64,000 nucleotides of DNA, from assembly GCA_013239625.1 (NCBI GenBank), contig MU053881.1:10716873-10780872 (forward strand). The letters run 5' to 3'. A program made the position numbers and the translations under genes. The stretch is from Lama guanicoe (Eukaryota). Under the pieces are notes generated by a model. The model did not search any database. It worked only from the letters and a program-made list of their open reading frames with translations, and was not told the origin of the DNA. Shown here in pieces: positions 37,441 through 51,290 of this stretch (position 1 is the stretch's first letter; every line of letters starts with the position of its first letter).

Positions 37441-38269
37441 CAATGAAGGCACCGCCTCCCGTGGATCTCGTTTCCTGTATCAGCGCAGCATCTTCCGTTC
37501 TGAACATGCCCATGTCAGAGCACATTAAATTCAGAGAGGTACGGTGACCTCAGTCAGGATGCAGTAGGGAGGCGGCGTGCAGAAAACAATATCAAAAGAG
37601 CACAAGGGGACCCATAAAAGAACTATATTAACTCAACAACCAGCTGTGTGGATAGGAGTCATGTTCACAGAGTCGGCAGGATTCAGCCACCAAGGCTTGA
37701 TTGATATTAAAATAACAGCTATACATATGTAAGATTCTAGAACAAGGGATCCCTCCCCAGTTCCTGAGATCGCCTCAGTTTTCTTTCCTAACACCTACTC
37801 TGCCTTTTTCCTCCTAGAGTGTGTTGGTTAGAGCCGGAATAAGGAGTTCTGTAGGGAACCCCGTTCTTTGTTGAGCCGCAGACTTCTTAGGCAGCAAATC
37901 CCACTAGCCAAAAGGCAGTGATTTCATGATTTATTAGCATTCAAACAAACTCTGTATAGATTCTCTCTTTCCCAGTTTCATCCTTAATATTCTATGCCAA
38001 CCCCAGTCTTGTACATGTCTGGGTTTCAGCCTGAATACAGATCCATATGTGAAGCTCCCAGATCCTGCAGGCTCACTCTAAAGGTACTTTTTATTTGTAC
38101 ATGGTCAGCTCTGTATTTCACCCAGCAAAACCGATAAATTATTAAGCAAATATAGCATTAAAAAGGGAAATAGCAGGAACTCAAGAATAACATAAAAGAG
38201 AAAAAAAAACCAACTTCCTTACATATTATGAAATAAAAACACTCACCAAAATCATTTTGATTCAGGAAA

Positions 38270-38490
38270 AAGCTATACTGAACACCAACTTGGTGCCCGA
38301 CGGCATGCTGAACACTAAGTTGCATTCCTGATTTATAAATTACAATTTCATCAACTGTTTCCATTCAAATAAGAACTCTACACGTTGAAAACTTAATTGA
38401 CTTTTCCAAAGTCACTCAACTAACAGAGCAGCAGAGGCAAGGCTGAAACCAAATCTCCTTATTCCCCATCCAATTTCCTTTCAACCACAC
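38270..38490 (-). mobile_element. MIR fragment
   Basis: actgaacaccaacttggtgcccgac...gacttttccaaagtcactcaactaa...gcagaggcaaggctgaaaccaaatctcct. Confidence 0.55.
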
Positions 38491-39429
38491 TCCATACATC
38501 TCAGTGTCTAATTTCCATGTCCAGGTTTTAGAAAGTCCAAGGATACAACACCGAGGCTTTGATTGTGGCTGAATGTCTCAGCTGTATTGTCAGATTCTCT
38601 GGGGGAATTATAAATCTCCCCAAGTGCTTAACCAATTACCATTTTTTTCCCCTTCAATTTCAAAAGGCATAGTCTTTAGAGAAAACACTTGCACTAAATT
38701 ACTCAGGTCATTTATATGGAATGACAACTTCTCTCCCAGTCAATTCAGTCTACTTTCCAAATCATCGTCCTTTTAGAGGATGACAATTCTTGTATTCCTT
38801 CTAACAAGGTATCTTACTCAAGGTTTTTGTTTTCCCTCTTGACCCTTTATTATCACTTCAGCTTTGTTGTGTGTTTCTTTCCTACTCTCAAATCTAAACA
38901 GATGTTTCTATAAAAAATATTTTTAAAGAAGCCATTTTCATTGGCTCTTTAGATCCCCCATGTAGATTTATATTTTATTCTGCCATGAAGAGAAAGGCTG
39001 TCTACCTGATGACAATTCGTGTAGATTTCTTTTTGAAAATGAGAGTTCATCTTCTGAAGATTGCCACTGATCTGTAGACTTCATTTCAGAAGTATTTGGT
39101 TTGAGGAACAGATAATGAGAAAATTAAACAGATGATAGATGGACAGAGATAAATCTGTGATGTTGACTATATAATCTGCTCCCATTTGTTTTTTAATTTT
39201 AAAACATTGGCCCTTTGTAAACGTTTGACATGTTCATTTTCATTCTAAATGCACTTGTCAACACACGCACACAGACACACACATACATTCCTACAATTTA
39301 TCTTCCCTTCCAAAACAGGCAAATTATCTGAAATTCATTGTTCTCTAAAAAACAATCACTTAGAAGTTTTTATTATCATTACTTAATCCTGTCTACATTC
39401 ATGTCTCTAATAATTCTTATTTTTAGAAA

Positions 39430-39740
39430 TATATTCTAAGGAATCCTCATGGATATACAAGATTTTCTAGAATATCTATCACAATATTGTTTGTGTTAGC
39501 AAACTCTTGAAAAATAAATGTCTAACAATAGAGGATTGAATAAATACATTATGGTATCTTTTATGTAATGGAGTATTATACAGATATTTAAAATCTTGTG
39601 ATAGAAGGCTGAAAAGATATCCTTGATTATTTTTAAACGAAATAAAGTGAGATTACAGAACAGCAGGAATATCATGATGTCATTTTGGTGAAAGAACATA
39701 TAGATGGACAAAAGACTTACAGAGGATGCATTAATATGGT
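39430..39740 (+). mobile_element. Old L1ME-type 3' UTR fragment
   Basis: tgtctaacaatagaggattgaataaatacattatggtat...atggagtattatacag...aaagatatccttgat. Confidence 0.55.
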
Positions 39741-41158
39741 GTAAAGTTTTGAAGATTTATCGACACTCTGGGTCAGTCATGAAACCCTGCAAAGAGAGCT
39801 AGTCTGATGAAGAGAAGATTACAAACTATATGAAATTTGAGTTTTAAGAGTTTATTCCTCAGTATTCTCGCCTCCTTCTCTTTTTCCTCTTTTCTTCTTC
39901 ATCTTAAAACTCCACAAATTTAGGGGTTTTTTTTCTTTATCTCAAAGTCATTGATTTTTGCCAAAATAACAAATACTTTTGGTTAATAAAGTTAAATTGT
40001 GTCGTCATTTATATCTTAATGATACTGAGTTCACCAGAATGTTTCCAAAGAAAGTCTCAAGAAAGATGAAGGCAGCAAGGTCAAAAGTCAGCTAGGCACT
40101 TGCCAGCTGAGTCACATCCCCGAGCATCACTTTACCCCTCGGTGATGAGATTAGACTAAATCATCTCACAAAGCCTCTCGAGTACAGGCATTCCATGACT
40201 ATGCGGGAGGGAATGCACATCAAAGGGAGAAAAACATACAAGGAAGAAGAAACAAAAGCAGCCCAGGACAACCTCTGACCCAGAACCCCATTTGATTGTC
40301 ATGGTTTCCCAATGTTTCTGCCCATCCACATCATCTGGAGTGCTTGCCAAAATTACTGGCCTTCCTTTGGGATTCCATATAACTGACCTTGGATTTAAGT
40401 GTCTGTACTTTGCAAACCCTAAGTGGTCTTAATACAGTGGGACTGTGAAATAGCATTTGGCAGGATGTTCTAAGCATATTTCCCCCTTACAGTTAGATAA
40501 ATAGAATAAGTAATAAATGAATTTGATCAACTTATTGTTTCTGCATTAACATTTCTTACTTCTTCTATGTAAGACATGCAGACAGTGCAGTCACGCTGGA
40601 GATGTTATTTTGACTAGTGGAATAGGATGCTTTTGCCAAAATAAAATGTGTTGTAAAAATACTTACATTCCTAGCCATTTCTCAATAAACATTTCCCACT
40701 AAAGGTCATAGGTTCTTTGTTAGTTTGATAAAGCACTGAATTACTTAATATTATATCTGTTGAAAACCTCAACTTTTAATGTGACCATTACACATAGGAA
40801 AAAAATCAATGATTCCACCAACTTAATAGCGCTATTGCTCCTGTGTTCAATTTATTATGTGGAGCTGCAAGGGTGCCGATGGATATGGCTTTGAACATTT
40901 CAAACAGATTCACTTTTAGTTTCTGACTCAAAATTCAGTAGAGGCTCTGGAAGGACCATAGTATGTAACAGAAAATACACATCAAAATTGTATAAGGGGT
41001 AAAAAAAACAAAAAAAAAACAGAAATAGACTAGTAACAGGGGAATCTAGTCTGGTAATTAAAATCTAGGGTATTAAAAAGGCAAATTCCTTCAGACTTAG
41101 CTTCTATTTCTATTTAGGGATGCTGTCTTTAAAGTCAAGTTTCTGATTTCATCTTAGC

Positions 41159-41182
41159 CATATATATATATATATATATATA
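41159..41182. repeat. (TA)n microsatellite
   Basis: Direct read. Confidence 0.9.
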
Positions 41183-42659
41183 CACCCCTCAAACTTGAAC
41201 TGACTTTTCTGATTGGTAGCTTGAGAGTAGGGGTTGGTCATGCAAGTCTCACCAGTTCTCTTTCTCAGTATGACTGATGCAGAGAACACACATTCTGGTG
41301 TGCTCTCCCACCTATAAGGAATCTTGGCAGAGCAGGCTCTGGTATGAGGGTCATCGAGGTAAAGTTGTCCCCTGCAGTCTGCGAAGGGGTGGATGGGTAT
41401 ACCTGATTTCGAGGATTATCAAGCCTAAGTGACCTCCCATATCAGCCACATCCTCCAGTTTGCTAGCCTTCCAGTCTTAGTTATAAAGTTGATATGTTGA
41501 TATTTGTCTCTCTGAATCGTATACCTATTTCTTAATCTAAAGAGGGAAAGGAGTGTGCTGTTTAGGGACCCTGTAAAACCCCGCCTAGGGAATACATGGA
41601 GGACCTTCAGGGAATTCAGAGACCTCTCCAAATTATACAGAAAACCTCTACTTCAGGAGGAGAACTGATTTTTCTAATTTCGACTTCCTGTATCTCCCCT
41701 CCGGCTCCGTAAGTGATTGTGGTAGGACTTGGGTACAGGTCCTGGTCTTAAAACAAAACCAACCCCAGAGCATCTCTTTTAAAAACGTAATTCATAAGTT
41801 GCAGAAGTAGTTTAAATTAGTGGTGAAAAGGGTTTGATGACTTTATTTATTTTTTAATGCTTTCTGGTACTGCCCTGTCACTCCCACTCCTCACCTAAGG
41901 ACAGGCATGTGGCCCTGATGAAGGTACAATGATCAGTTCAGAGGTCATTCAGAGGTCTGGATATCCAGACCTGCCCCACCAGGGCCATTTCTACAGATTT
42001 GTGTTGTTGTTGAAGCTAGTGGAGAAGAGAATTCCTTCCGCATCGTGGCTTTAAATTTAATTTCCACTTGAATTTTAATTTCAAGTCAAAAATGTAAACC
42101 TGAAGGCATTTAGCAGTCACGTTCTCCAACTCTTGGAGAAAGTTTTGCCAAAATACAAGATGCAAGACCAAATAAAGGTAAAAGGGCTGTGGCATTGGCC
42201 TTTTGGCAAAACAGCTGCATAATCTAGTAAAAACTTTGATTTGCTTAAGCCAATTTGAGTTGCATTTCTGTGTTTGCAACTAAGAGTCTCGAGCAAAGCA
42301 GAAGGTCTGTAGATGTAAGGTAACTTTTACAACAAAGTACTATGTTTATTGTCTTGAAAATTAAGACAATGAAGGAACAGAAAATACTCCAGAATGAAGT
42401 CAAAGTATTGATGTGAATTTTCTTTCAATGGACTTTCTACACTTTTTACAAAACATATTTGTGCATGCATGCAGGCACGCAAATAAATGTCCAATGCGCT
42501 GTTACTATACAAATTGCTTTTTCATGCCTTTTTCTTCACTAAACAATTTATGAAAAATTACTTAATGCATTATAATTTTTATGCAGCAGAACTTACTATA
42601 TAGCTGAGACTGACTCTCAATCCTAACTTCCATTTTTTTCTTTTGTTTGTTTTGCCTTC

Positions 42660-43345
42660 TCTCCAATACATTTTTGAACCTTACAAGGCTCCAGGAACTG
42701 TCCTGTGTCCTGGGGATAGAGCAATGGACAAGAGAAGTAGAGTTCCTCTTTATATAAACAATTTATTTTTAGTGGGTGAAACTATATTAACAAAGTAAGC
42801 AAGATTAATCCAGATGGTAGAAATAGTAATGGGGGGACAAAAACAAGATTGTGTGATAAAAGTAATAGGAAAGAAGACAATACTTGGTAGGATTGTTGGA
42901 TAAAAGTCCTTTGAGAATCTGAGACTTGAGATCGAAACTGATGAGAGAAGAATAGCCAGTCATTTCACAGTGGGACGGGAGAGCCCCAGGGAGAAGGGAC
43001 AGCTAGTGCCTGGGCCCTGCGGTGGGGATGAGCTCGGTGTGTCTGCGAGGTGGAAGAAAGGGGTCATAGGAGTATAATGCGTAGGGGGAACAATAGAAAA
43101 TCAGGTCAGAAAAACAGTCTGGGGCCAGGACATACAGGGCTTTGTAGGCCACATAAAGGAATTTATATTTTCTTCTAAGTAAATAAAAAAAATCACAATG
43201 TTTTAAAAAGAGAGGTGATACCATCTGTTTAGGAAGTCTAATTCACTGGAGATGCCGCTGGCTTGTACTACATTGGTGGCAGTTAAGACGGAGAAGAGGA
43301 GATATATTTGTGTACATTTTTGAGGTAGTATCAACAAGACTTGCA
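42660..43345 (-). mobile_element. L2 LINE fragment
   Basis: ccaggaactgtcctgtgtcctggggatagagcaatggacaag...gggccctgcggtggggatgagctcggtgtgtctg...gggctttgtaggccacataaaggaattt...tcaacaagacttgc. Confidence 0.8.
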
Positions 43346-43639
43346 TTTGGGACTTGAGAGACAAGCATCCTGAGCCTCTGTCCTTCATCTAGAAATTGAA
43401 TCAGAGGCATTCACTTCGTCTTGAGCTGCTTTTCCATGGTCTCTGTCACGTTGCCACAAAGAACACAAAGATTTTAATAGCGCTCTGATGCACAGAAAAT
43501 TCTGAGGGGGTAACCTGTCTACTTTTTAAAAAATGTTTTCCTTTTGACTTCTGTTTAGCTCCTGGAAAGCTACAAGGGTGGAAGGGGAAATGGCTGGTGG
43601 AGTGAAACTCCTGTGCAGAGAGGCCGTCCTGTTGGAGGG

Positions 43640-43810
43640 TAGAGAGTTGGCTGAGTGGTCTCAGCCGCTGGTTCAAACGTTTCGGATCCCCGGACGCAAG
43701 GGCTCAGATCTCAGCAGGACGCACTCAACCATTCATCCTTCCAAGGTAGATAAATTGAGTGTTGCACAATTTAGAATGTGTGCGTCTTTCAGATAATGCC
43801 TTAAAAAGCA
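43640..43810 (+). mobile_element. AmnSINE2-like (Deu-core) ancient SINE relic
   Basis: A-box-like tggctgagtgg, then actcaaccattcatccttccaaggtagataaattgagt and gtctttcagataatgccttaaaaa. These match my recall of the AmnSINE2/Deu-domain motifs. Confidence 0.65.
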
Positions 43811-44542
43811 AATTCTGTGGGGACATGAAAGGCTACATGGCACTGCAGAGGAGCAGGGGCCACCTCTGTGTCCTTGCCCTAAATTTCCTCCTTTCTGCAA
43901 TGCGGTAGGGTGAACGATTTCAGTTATCAGTATTTCACTGTTGCTAAGCCATGCAGTCTGCCTGGCTCTTTGGAATCTTTCAGAATGAAGTGAGCTTTAT
44001 TTAAAAAAAACCAACAACAACAACAAAAAACTGTTTTGATTTGCTACGAGCACCTCCAAAGTTGACTCTAGCTTCTCTGTGCCTTTTAATGATGTCCCCA
44101 TCACAGAGACTCCAGCCCTCTCAGACTGGAACAAACACATTTCGCAGGTGACGGGCAGCTTGATCTTTCCTATAGGAAGTCTGTACTCATGCTCTGATAC
44201 CAGGGGAAGTTCCAGCACGCAGGTCTCCCTGCCCTGAAGATAACCAGGCTGAAGGTACTGAAAGATGTGGCAGAGGGCACCATGAGCGAATGGAGGGCAG
44301 GAAACCCCGACACAGTCGCTAGACTGTTACACCTTTTATTTTTCCCTTTTGCAGGTGACCAGACTCTGCAATGACTCTGGTAGTTCTCAGCTGGAGAGTC
44401 AACACAGAAGTCTCAGTCACTTACTTGGCCATAACAGCTAATGATTTAAGGCCTTTTCCACATAAACTTTTCAACAGTATGCTATGCATTTTTATTGTTT
44501 AAATTTAGAAATCTTCATTCACTCAATAGTAACATAAAGGAG

Positions 44543-44598
44543 ATATATATATGTATATGTGTGTGTATATGTGTGTGTGTGTATATATATATATATAT
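44543..44598. repeat. Compound (TA)n/(TG)n microsatellite
   Basis: Direct read. Confidence 0.9.
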
Positions 44599-45529
44599 TC
44601 TTATCCATCAGTTCCCCACCTCCACTCGACTCTATTCCTTATTACCTAGTGAGCCATTCCTCTCTAAGAAATTAGTCAAGTGTACACAATTACCAGACAG
44701 TAAGTCCAAAGACTTTTTCACTTTTGAGTTTCTGAAGAGGAAGTTCAAGTGTGAAGCAAAAAAACTTGGAGAAATATTGATCCTGATAGAGCAAGTTCTT
44801 TCCGCCCTCTGGAGTCTAGGGACAATTGGCAGAGCCGATGAAGGGAGAAGGAGGGGAGATGGAGTGGTAAGCCTGAAGAAGTAAAACCCAAGTGGGGCCA
44901 ATATCCACAAATACCTCCTCCGCCTCCTCAGTGAGCAATGCAGCAGCAAAGGAATCAGCCTCTTAGGCCATGGTATAATTCATATATTCTACAAGATTTT
45001 ATTGGGTGCCTACTATGGGGCCAAAATTTGTGTCAAGCAATTTACAAAAAAAAAGAAAAGAAAAAGGTGGATGTAGAACTAGCTCTGAAGAGATTCAAAG
45101 TCACGGGGAGAGACAATATAATCATTATAATACAGCATAAAATCATCTGGGAGGTCTGAGAAGGTTACGATGGATTTCAGGACTGCAGTTTTTTAAGACA
45201 AAATTTTATGTGGAAGGTCTCTCTTTAGATACCATAAAATCATCTGTACGAGCATTTTGTTTATTCCCAAAAAGGAACGTCTGTTGGACTGAATGCTCAA
45301 AAATAGCATACAATCATCTTTCGCCTCCACTCAACCTTCCCAGGAAAATAGAGGGATAGAAACGAGTAAACTTTGTGTAATGATGAAACACAGATAGAAG
45401 CTGTATCACCAAGAAAGATTATGCTTTCTTAAAGAGCCACAGAGAACATGTGATTTTTTTTTTAACTGTAATTTAAGTGAAATCTCATGGGTCATGTGTG
45501 AATGCAAATGACTATATTAAGCATTCTTT

Positions 45530-45885
45530 TGAGGTGTTTTGGGACCCCAATTTCTGGGATATTCGGGGTGTGGATGGTGTGATTTCCCCACACCAAGAAG
45601 CAATTCTCAGACACCTAGCTGGTATCTATGAATTCAACCCATTTCTGACAATATCCACTCAAAGATAGCATAGCCACCCACAAGTTAAGATTTTAGTCCT
45701 ACCTGACCGCACAATGGCTCCACTGGCAACCAGCCCCCAACCTCAGGTGCCTTCCAAAAGTCACCTCATTAATGTAACAAAAAACACTTGCAAGTTAACA
45801 CTCTGAAGACTAGGAAATTCCAACAGTTTTGGGATCTGTGAATCAAGAACTCTGGACGAAGAACACATATATAAGTCACAATATT
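45530..45885 (-). mobile_element. MER21-family LTR with internal deletion
   Basis: ccccacaccaagaagcaattctcagacacctagctgg...ccaaaagtcacctcattaa...aggaaattccaacagttttggga...cacaatatt is the reverse complement of the MER21 pattern. Confidence 0.7.
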
Positions 45886-47844
45886 GAAAGCTTTGATTAA
45901 AGTTGTTCCTTTTGTACTGGCTCAAAAAGACACAAGATAAAGATTTTAAATGAAAGTAAAAGATTTTGTATGATTTGGTTTAAGTGACCCTTAAAATCAG
46001 GCCAAAATTTCCCATTTGTCCCTGAATGGAAAGAAAGCAGAGAAAGGGAAAGTGTAGAAGTTATCGTTTCTGTGGAACTAAAATAATAGATGGAGGAAAC
46101 TATGGAGCTTGAGATTGGGATGGTCAGTGGTGTGGGGGCTTGCAGGTGGGGATATCAAGTCAGAACTCAAAATTTTTAATGCTATGATAATATAATCATT
46201 GAGTTAAACTGTTTTGATAATGATCAATTTCCTTAAAGTATTTTGAATCTATCTATGTAGTCTTTTGGACAAGTACTCTTATTGAGTTGTCTTTCTTGCC
46301 TAATCAATCATGGGTATAGAATATAGAATTGCACTGGTCCAAATATGCTTCTTATAGCTTAAAAAACTTACTAAAAATTACTCAAAAATTTTATCAGCTT
46401 GCTCTAAGAAAAGAATAAAAAAAAGGGAGGAGACTGTTTTCAAAGGAAGTCAACTCTCCCTCTGCTGTGGCTGACAGCTGTTTTAGAGGCTGCAATTTTT
46501 GAGGTGCTCTGGGAGCTGAAGTTGGATGCCTTTTTTATGGGCTGCCACACTACTTTCTCCTGGCTCTTTCTACCTCATGTTTTCAGAGCTAAGTCACTGG
46601 TGACTCCATCTGAAGTGTTATTCAGCCTTCTCAGAGGCAGGGATTATATACAGAGCCTGACCACCCCACCATTTTAAGACACTTGCAATTACCATGTACT
46701 CTAGACCCCGGATCCACTGAGAGAAGACCCCCTAAGGAAATCTGGTAACTCTTCTTTTCACATCTTTTCTCACACATCACCTCTCCTCACATCTTATCCC
46801 TTCCATCCAGGGTGTCCCATATGAGCCATGGGTCCTAGGTTGCAGTATTGCTCCAGAATTTTTCTTGTCCATGTGCCTTGACCCATGTAATTCCTTTGTT
46901 TCTACCCAATTAGCCTGCCTCTTCCCTAAGTCTGTCCAAAAAAGTGCCCTTCACTAAGACTCTCTGGTGGCTAGAGACTTTGGTTTCCTACGTAACTCAC
47001 ACCAGGTCTCGTTGCCTGGGGGCTACATTCTTCCTTACTGGTGGAACCAGATGCTCTGGTCTACATGGTCTCCTATCCTTTTTCAGCTGCAATGGCGATA
47101 ACCATCGGGAAGGTTACTGCTACTTTCCACCTACCACATTGGCCCTCCAGACTCACAACTGCCTCTATTTGCCTGTTTTTGTACACTGTATATTTTTCAA
47201 GGCTTTTCTTCATAGTTGTTCAGTTTGATCTATTCCTTATTCTGCTGTTAAGAATCCTACATTGATGCACATATACAAAGCCATTTATGGCATGAAAACT
47301 TACTAAAATAGAGACAAATTTCAGAAGCAAGGCTGCAGAAAACTTGAGCAAATCTGAAATATGCATCTGGCTCCCAAAGAGTCCCTGGGCAACAGAGAGG
47401 ACTTGATGAGCAGGACGGCAGGAAAGAGAAGAAAAGTCATTCATTTTCTTACCCCTATTTTTCCAACAAGATAATATACACACAGTAGGGACATCTACAG
47501 CTCTACTGAAATGAGCTTCTTTGAAGTCTTTTAACACTCTCCACAATTAGACGTCTTACATAGGAACCATATGCTTCAGAAAAGTCTTGATTCCTAGTAT
47601 CAGGTCCACATAATACTGCTTGCTATTGCTCTGACCCTAAGGCGGGTAGATCAACTTTGAAGACATGACCTCTTCCCTGAAGTTCTACACAGTCTATATA
47701 GGGAGACATGCCTAAAACATATCAAACATCAGATAATAAAATACATAGGATTATAGTTGGCAGAATTATAAAGAGAAAACTTTGGAAAGTGGGACACAGT
47801 GTGAACAGTGGGGGAAGGATAAGATATGGAGAAGCTGATGGGAA

Positions 47845-48040
47845 GGAAGCTGTGTGGTTCAGGCTCTTAAATCAAACTCACAAGAATCTGAACACCGACT
47901 CTTCCAATTACTCATAGTCAGATCAATTACTTTAACAGTCATTGCCTCAGTTTCCTTATTGGTGAAGGAAGAGTGATGAGACTTCCACAGGTTTTTATAG
48001 CATTTGAAAATGAAGTTTATAGACACATATAACTTAGTGT
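47845..48040 (+). mobile_element. MIR SINE
   Basis: caggctcttaaatcaaac...aattactttaacagtcattgcctcagtttccttattggtgaa. Confidence 0.6.
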
Positions 48041-48309
48041 AAGTTAACTGTCATAACCAGTTTCCAAAGGACAGAAACATAATGGGAGAATTAATAAACA
48101 GATATGATATTTAATAATTTAATAGTTAATTATTGGTGCTTAATAGATACACAGGAATGGCTTATGCTCAGAAATTGGAGGAATAAAGAAAAGTACAAGA
48201 TTCCTTGAGCATAATATGCCAAAGAATGAATCAGGTCTCAATTCCTCCCAGGTTATTAGACATTAGCCAATTTTCAGGTATCATTTTATATATTATATAA
48301 ATATAATCC

Positions 48310-48480
48310 CATAAACTTCACAATAAACTATGAGTCAGTAATATTATTACAATTTTATAGATGTGAAAACTAGCATTCAGAAAGTGAAATGATTTTTTTT
48401 TAGATCCCATATTTGCAAAAAGAATTAGGATCTGGGTCTCCTGAATCACAGTGTAGACTTTTTGACACATACACTCCTCA
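48310..48480 (-). mobile_element. MIR SINE
   Basis: cttcacaataaactatgagtcagtaatattattacaattttatagatgtgaaaact...aggatctgggtctcctgaatc. Confidence 0.65.
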
Positions 48481-50931
48481 TTAAAAAATAGAAAAATGAC
48501 AAACAATTGTATATATATATATATGTATGTGTGGAGTGAATCATCCTAAAAAAGAAAATACAGTGCATGCCAACTAACAAGAAGAGGCTGAGTTGCAAAA
48601 GAGACAGTTAATGCAAAAACTTTAAATGAAAAAAAAAAAGTCCTCCAGGTAACAGTTTAATATATATGAACAGAATTGCAAGGACTTAGGCAAATGCATC
48701 ATATTTTGCCATAAGGTGAAAAGCAGAATGTTCAGAAATATAATCGTCAGATGGAAAGAATAATGATTTTTTAGGGATAGGCTCACATTTGCTTAGAAAG
48801 TTCTGTTATAATCAGGGGTTTATTGGTATTAAGGAGCAGATCCACTCTCGGTGCTTTAAGAAAAATGCTTACAATAAGAATGGACATGCCTTAAAACTTG
48901 TCAGAACCTTGGAGAGCTAGCTTTCTTCGTCACGGCATCTCTGCTTTCCCCTGCACACATCCTCCGTCTGCCAATTGCCTGAGCTACCCATTGATTAACA
49001 CCTGTGCCATCGCTGATCTTTCACATGGAGATTTAGTTTGCCTGGCCAGGCCGCACTCAAATTCAAGGCATTCTTATTGATTATGCTCCATGTCTACCTG
49101 GTAAATGCTCTGTTGGAGCTAACTGTTTTATTTATTTGTTTGTTTCTCAACAAGGAGATCCGGGGTTAGCCTTTGCCAGTGATCATCCCTTTGTTCTCAA
49201 CAATGTGTTGAATGTGTTGGGGAAGGCGCACACTCAAACAGTCATTTAGACAGTAACAGTTGTGTTTCAAGAAGATTTCCTTTAGAAGCCAGTGGGGCAG
49301 GTTATTATATCCTTTAAATCTTGTTTCAGAGAGCAAATGGGGATGTAACGCTAGGGGAGTGCACTGTGTCACACAGATGGAGACTGCATTAAATACAATG
49401 CAATGATTTTAACAGTGTCTGTCATTTAAAAAAATAGTCACCGATGAAAGGTTTATTGCAGAAGTTAGATGACCATTAACTGTTGGCATTTGTCCCCTAG
49501 ACGCCATAAGAGTCTCAATTAAACAAAACCCAAATAATCTTCCTTTCAAAAGTAGCTTCAGAGGTATACATAGAAAGACATATAAATCATACCAGAAGGA
49601 ACTACAGGCTGATTTATAGTTACTAACTTGGGATAGGGAAGGGGAATCTGAAAAAACTGATGTTAGGAAAGTCAAAATGATCTCTAAAAAATGATATGAG
49701 GAGTCCCAGGGGAGTTCCATAACATTTTCTTCTTTCTTTTTTATTTTCTTGGTATCAAGTTCAGATAAAAGAAAGAAAGTACTTTCCCCATCAATAATTT
49801 GACTCCACTATATTGCACCATTTGTTTTTCCTTCTGAGCAGTCTGTGCAACTGGAAACATTCACAACTGAAGTGGAGTTGGTAGGATATCTTGCTCTCAC
49901 TAACGTATTTTCTACAGACCATGTGTCTGCACGGCCATTTCCCATGGCTTTTCACAGCTCACCCACATTTTTACTCCATTTGTTGGTAGCATTCTTAAAG
50001 GCACCGTCCCTGACCTATTTTTCCCTGCTCCCTTGCTTGTGCCTGAATTCCAGACCCTTTTAGTTTGAACATGACACTGACTATTCGCTGGTTGCAAACT
50101 CAAGGTCATTTCATGAACTGTTTTGTACTTAACAGAGGCCCATCTGCAATCAAAGACTATTAAATTCAAACGAAGGAACAGCTAAGTTACTTTCATCAAT
50201 TTTGCTTCGTCCAAGTTCTATTTTATTTGATATGCCACTGTAAGTAAGCCGCCTAAAATTTCAACCAATTTCAGGTGAAAATTATTTAATTTCAATCTGT
50301 AAAAAGTAAGGAATCTTCCTACTTAAGAAGTTCTTCCGTCGGTACCTGCAGTTCGTTTGCTAGGAGACTTTGAAATATACCAGAAAACAGGCTGGCTGGC
50401 AGGTTGGTTTGTGCTGCAAGATATTCTGACAACCTGTCAAAGTTCCACTTTTCTCACATTCTACCAACTTCTCTTTTCTAAAGAAAGCATGAAATGTCAA
50501 AATGACAGGTGCCGAAGCGCAGCAGCATCCAGCTTCTGGGCCTATTATCTTAGGAAGGAAAGAGTTGAAAAGTTGTGCGAGTGACATATGCTGAAGACTG
50601 ATATAATTTGCCAGGTAAAGGAGTGGCTTGATGGTGCTTGTGTTAACCCTTTGGAGCTGACTAATTTGAGCTACATCCTCTGGGAAGAATTTTGAGGGGT
50701 AGCTAGGGGAAAAAAAATATATATATATATATAGCTATTGAGCAGTAACTTCAATAAATGATTGGGCACCATTTTCTTTCTCTAGTTAATTCACTGCATT
50801 CAATCAACATTGCATAGTTAAAAGAAGCTGGTGTTGTAATTTTGTTATATTTTAAATGGATGGATGAAGCAATGTTGCCAAAAGAAAGATGAAAAGAGAA
50901 AACAACTGCGATTTTATCTGCATGAATTGTT

Positions 50932-50952
50932 TGTGTGTGTGTGTGTGTGTGT
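50932..50952. repeat. (TG)n microsatellite
   Basis: Direct read. Confidence 0.9.
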
Positions 50953-51167
50953 ACACACCTACAGGGAGAGTCAAGTATGACGATTAATTTATACAAACTA
51001 GGGAAAATTCAGTCCAAATGAATGGGGAAGACCGAGTTATGAAATACAGTTTAAAAATTCTATTTTATGACTTTCAAGTTCAGATTCTGTCTTACAAATA
51101 GATACAACAAACTTGCAACTCTCAGTTGCATTTCTTTATAATGTACAAAGGAGTCCTCATTTTCAGC

Positions 51168-51290
51168 GGGGAGGGTAAGGCTGAGTGGTAAAATGTGTGT
51201 CTAGCATGCATGAGGTCCTGGGTTCAATCCCCAGTACCTCTATGAAAAATAAATAAATAAACATCATTAAAAAAAAAAACCTTAAAAAAG
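51168..51290 (+). mobile_element. tRNA-Ala-derived SINE (camelid Vic-1-like)
   Basis: ggggagggtaaggctgagtggtaaaatgtgtgtctagcatgcatgaggtcctgggttcaatccccagtacctc with A and B boxes, then an (AAAT)n/A tail. Degenerate TSD containing cattttc on both sides. Confidence 0.88.

Noticed and set aside
37073..37547. Overlapping 151-aa and 97-aa ORFs
   Set aside because: No recognisable protein. Local GC richness around the CTCF-like site explains the lack of stops.
39007..39075. Possible C/D box snoRNA (ctgatga ... ctga)
   Set aside because: The C box is imperfect, and there is no terminal stem or recognisable rRNA guide.
51168..51240. tRNA-Ala gene (also 56660-56744)
   Set aside because: The acceptor and D stems are degenerate, and an A-rich tail and TSDs mark these as SINEs.
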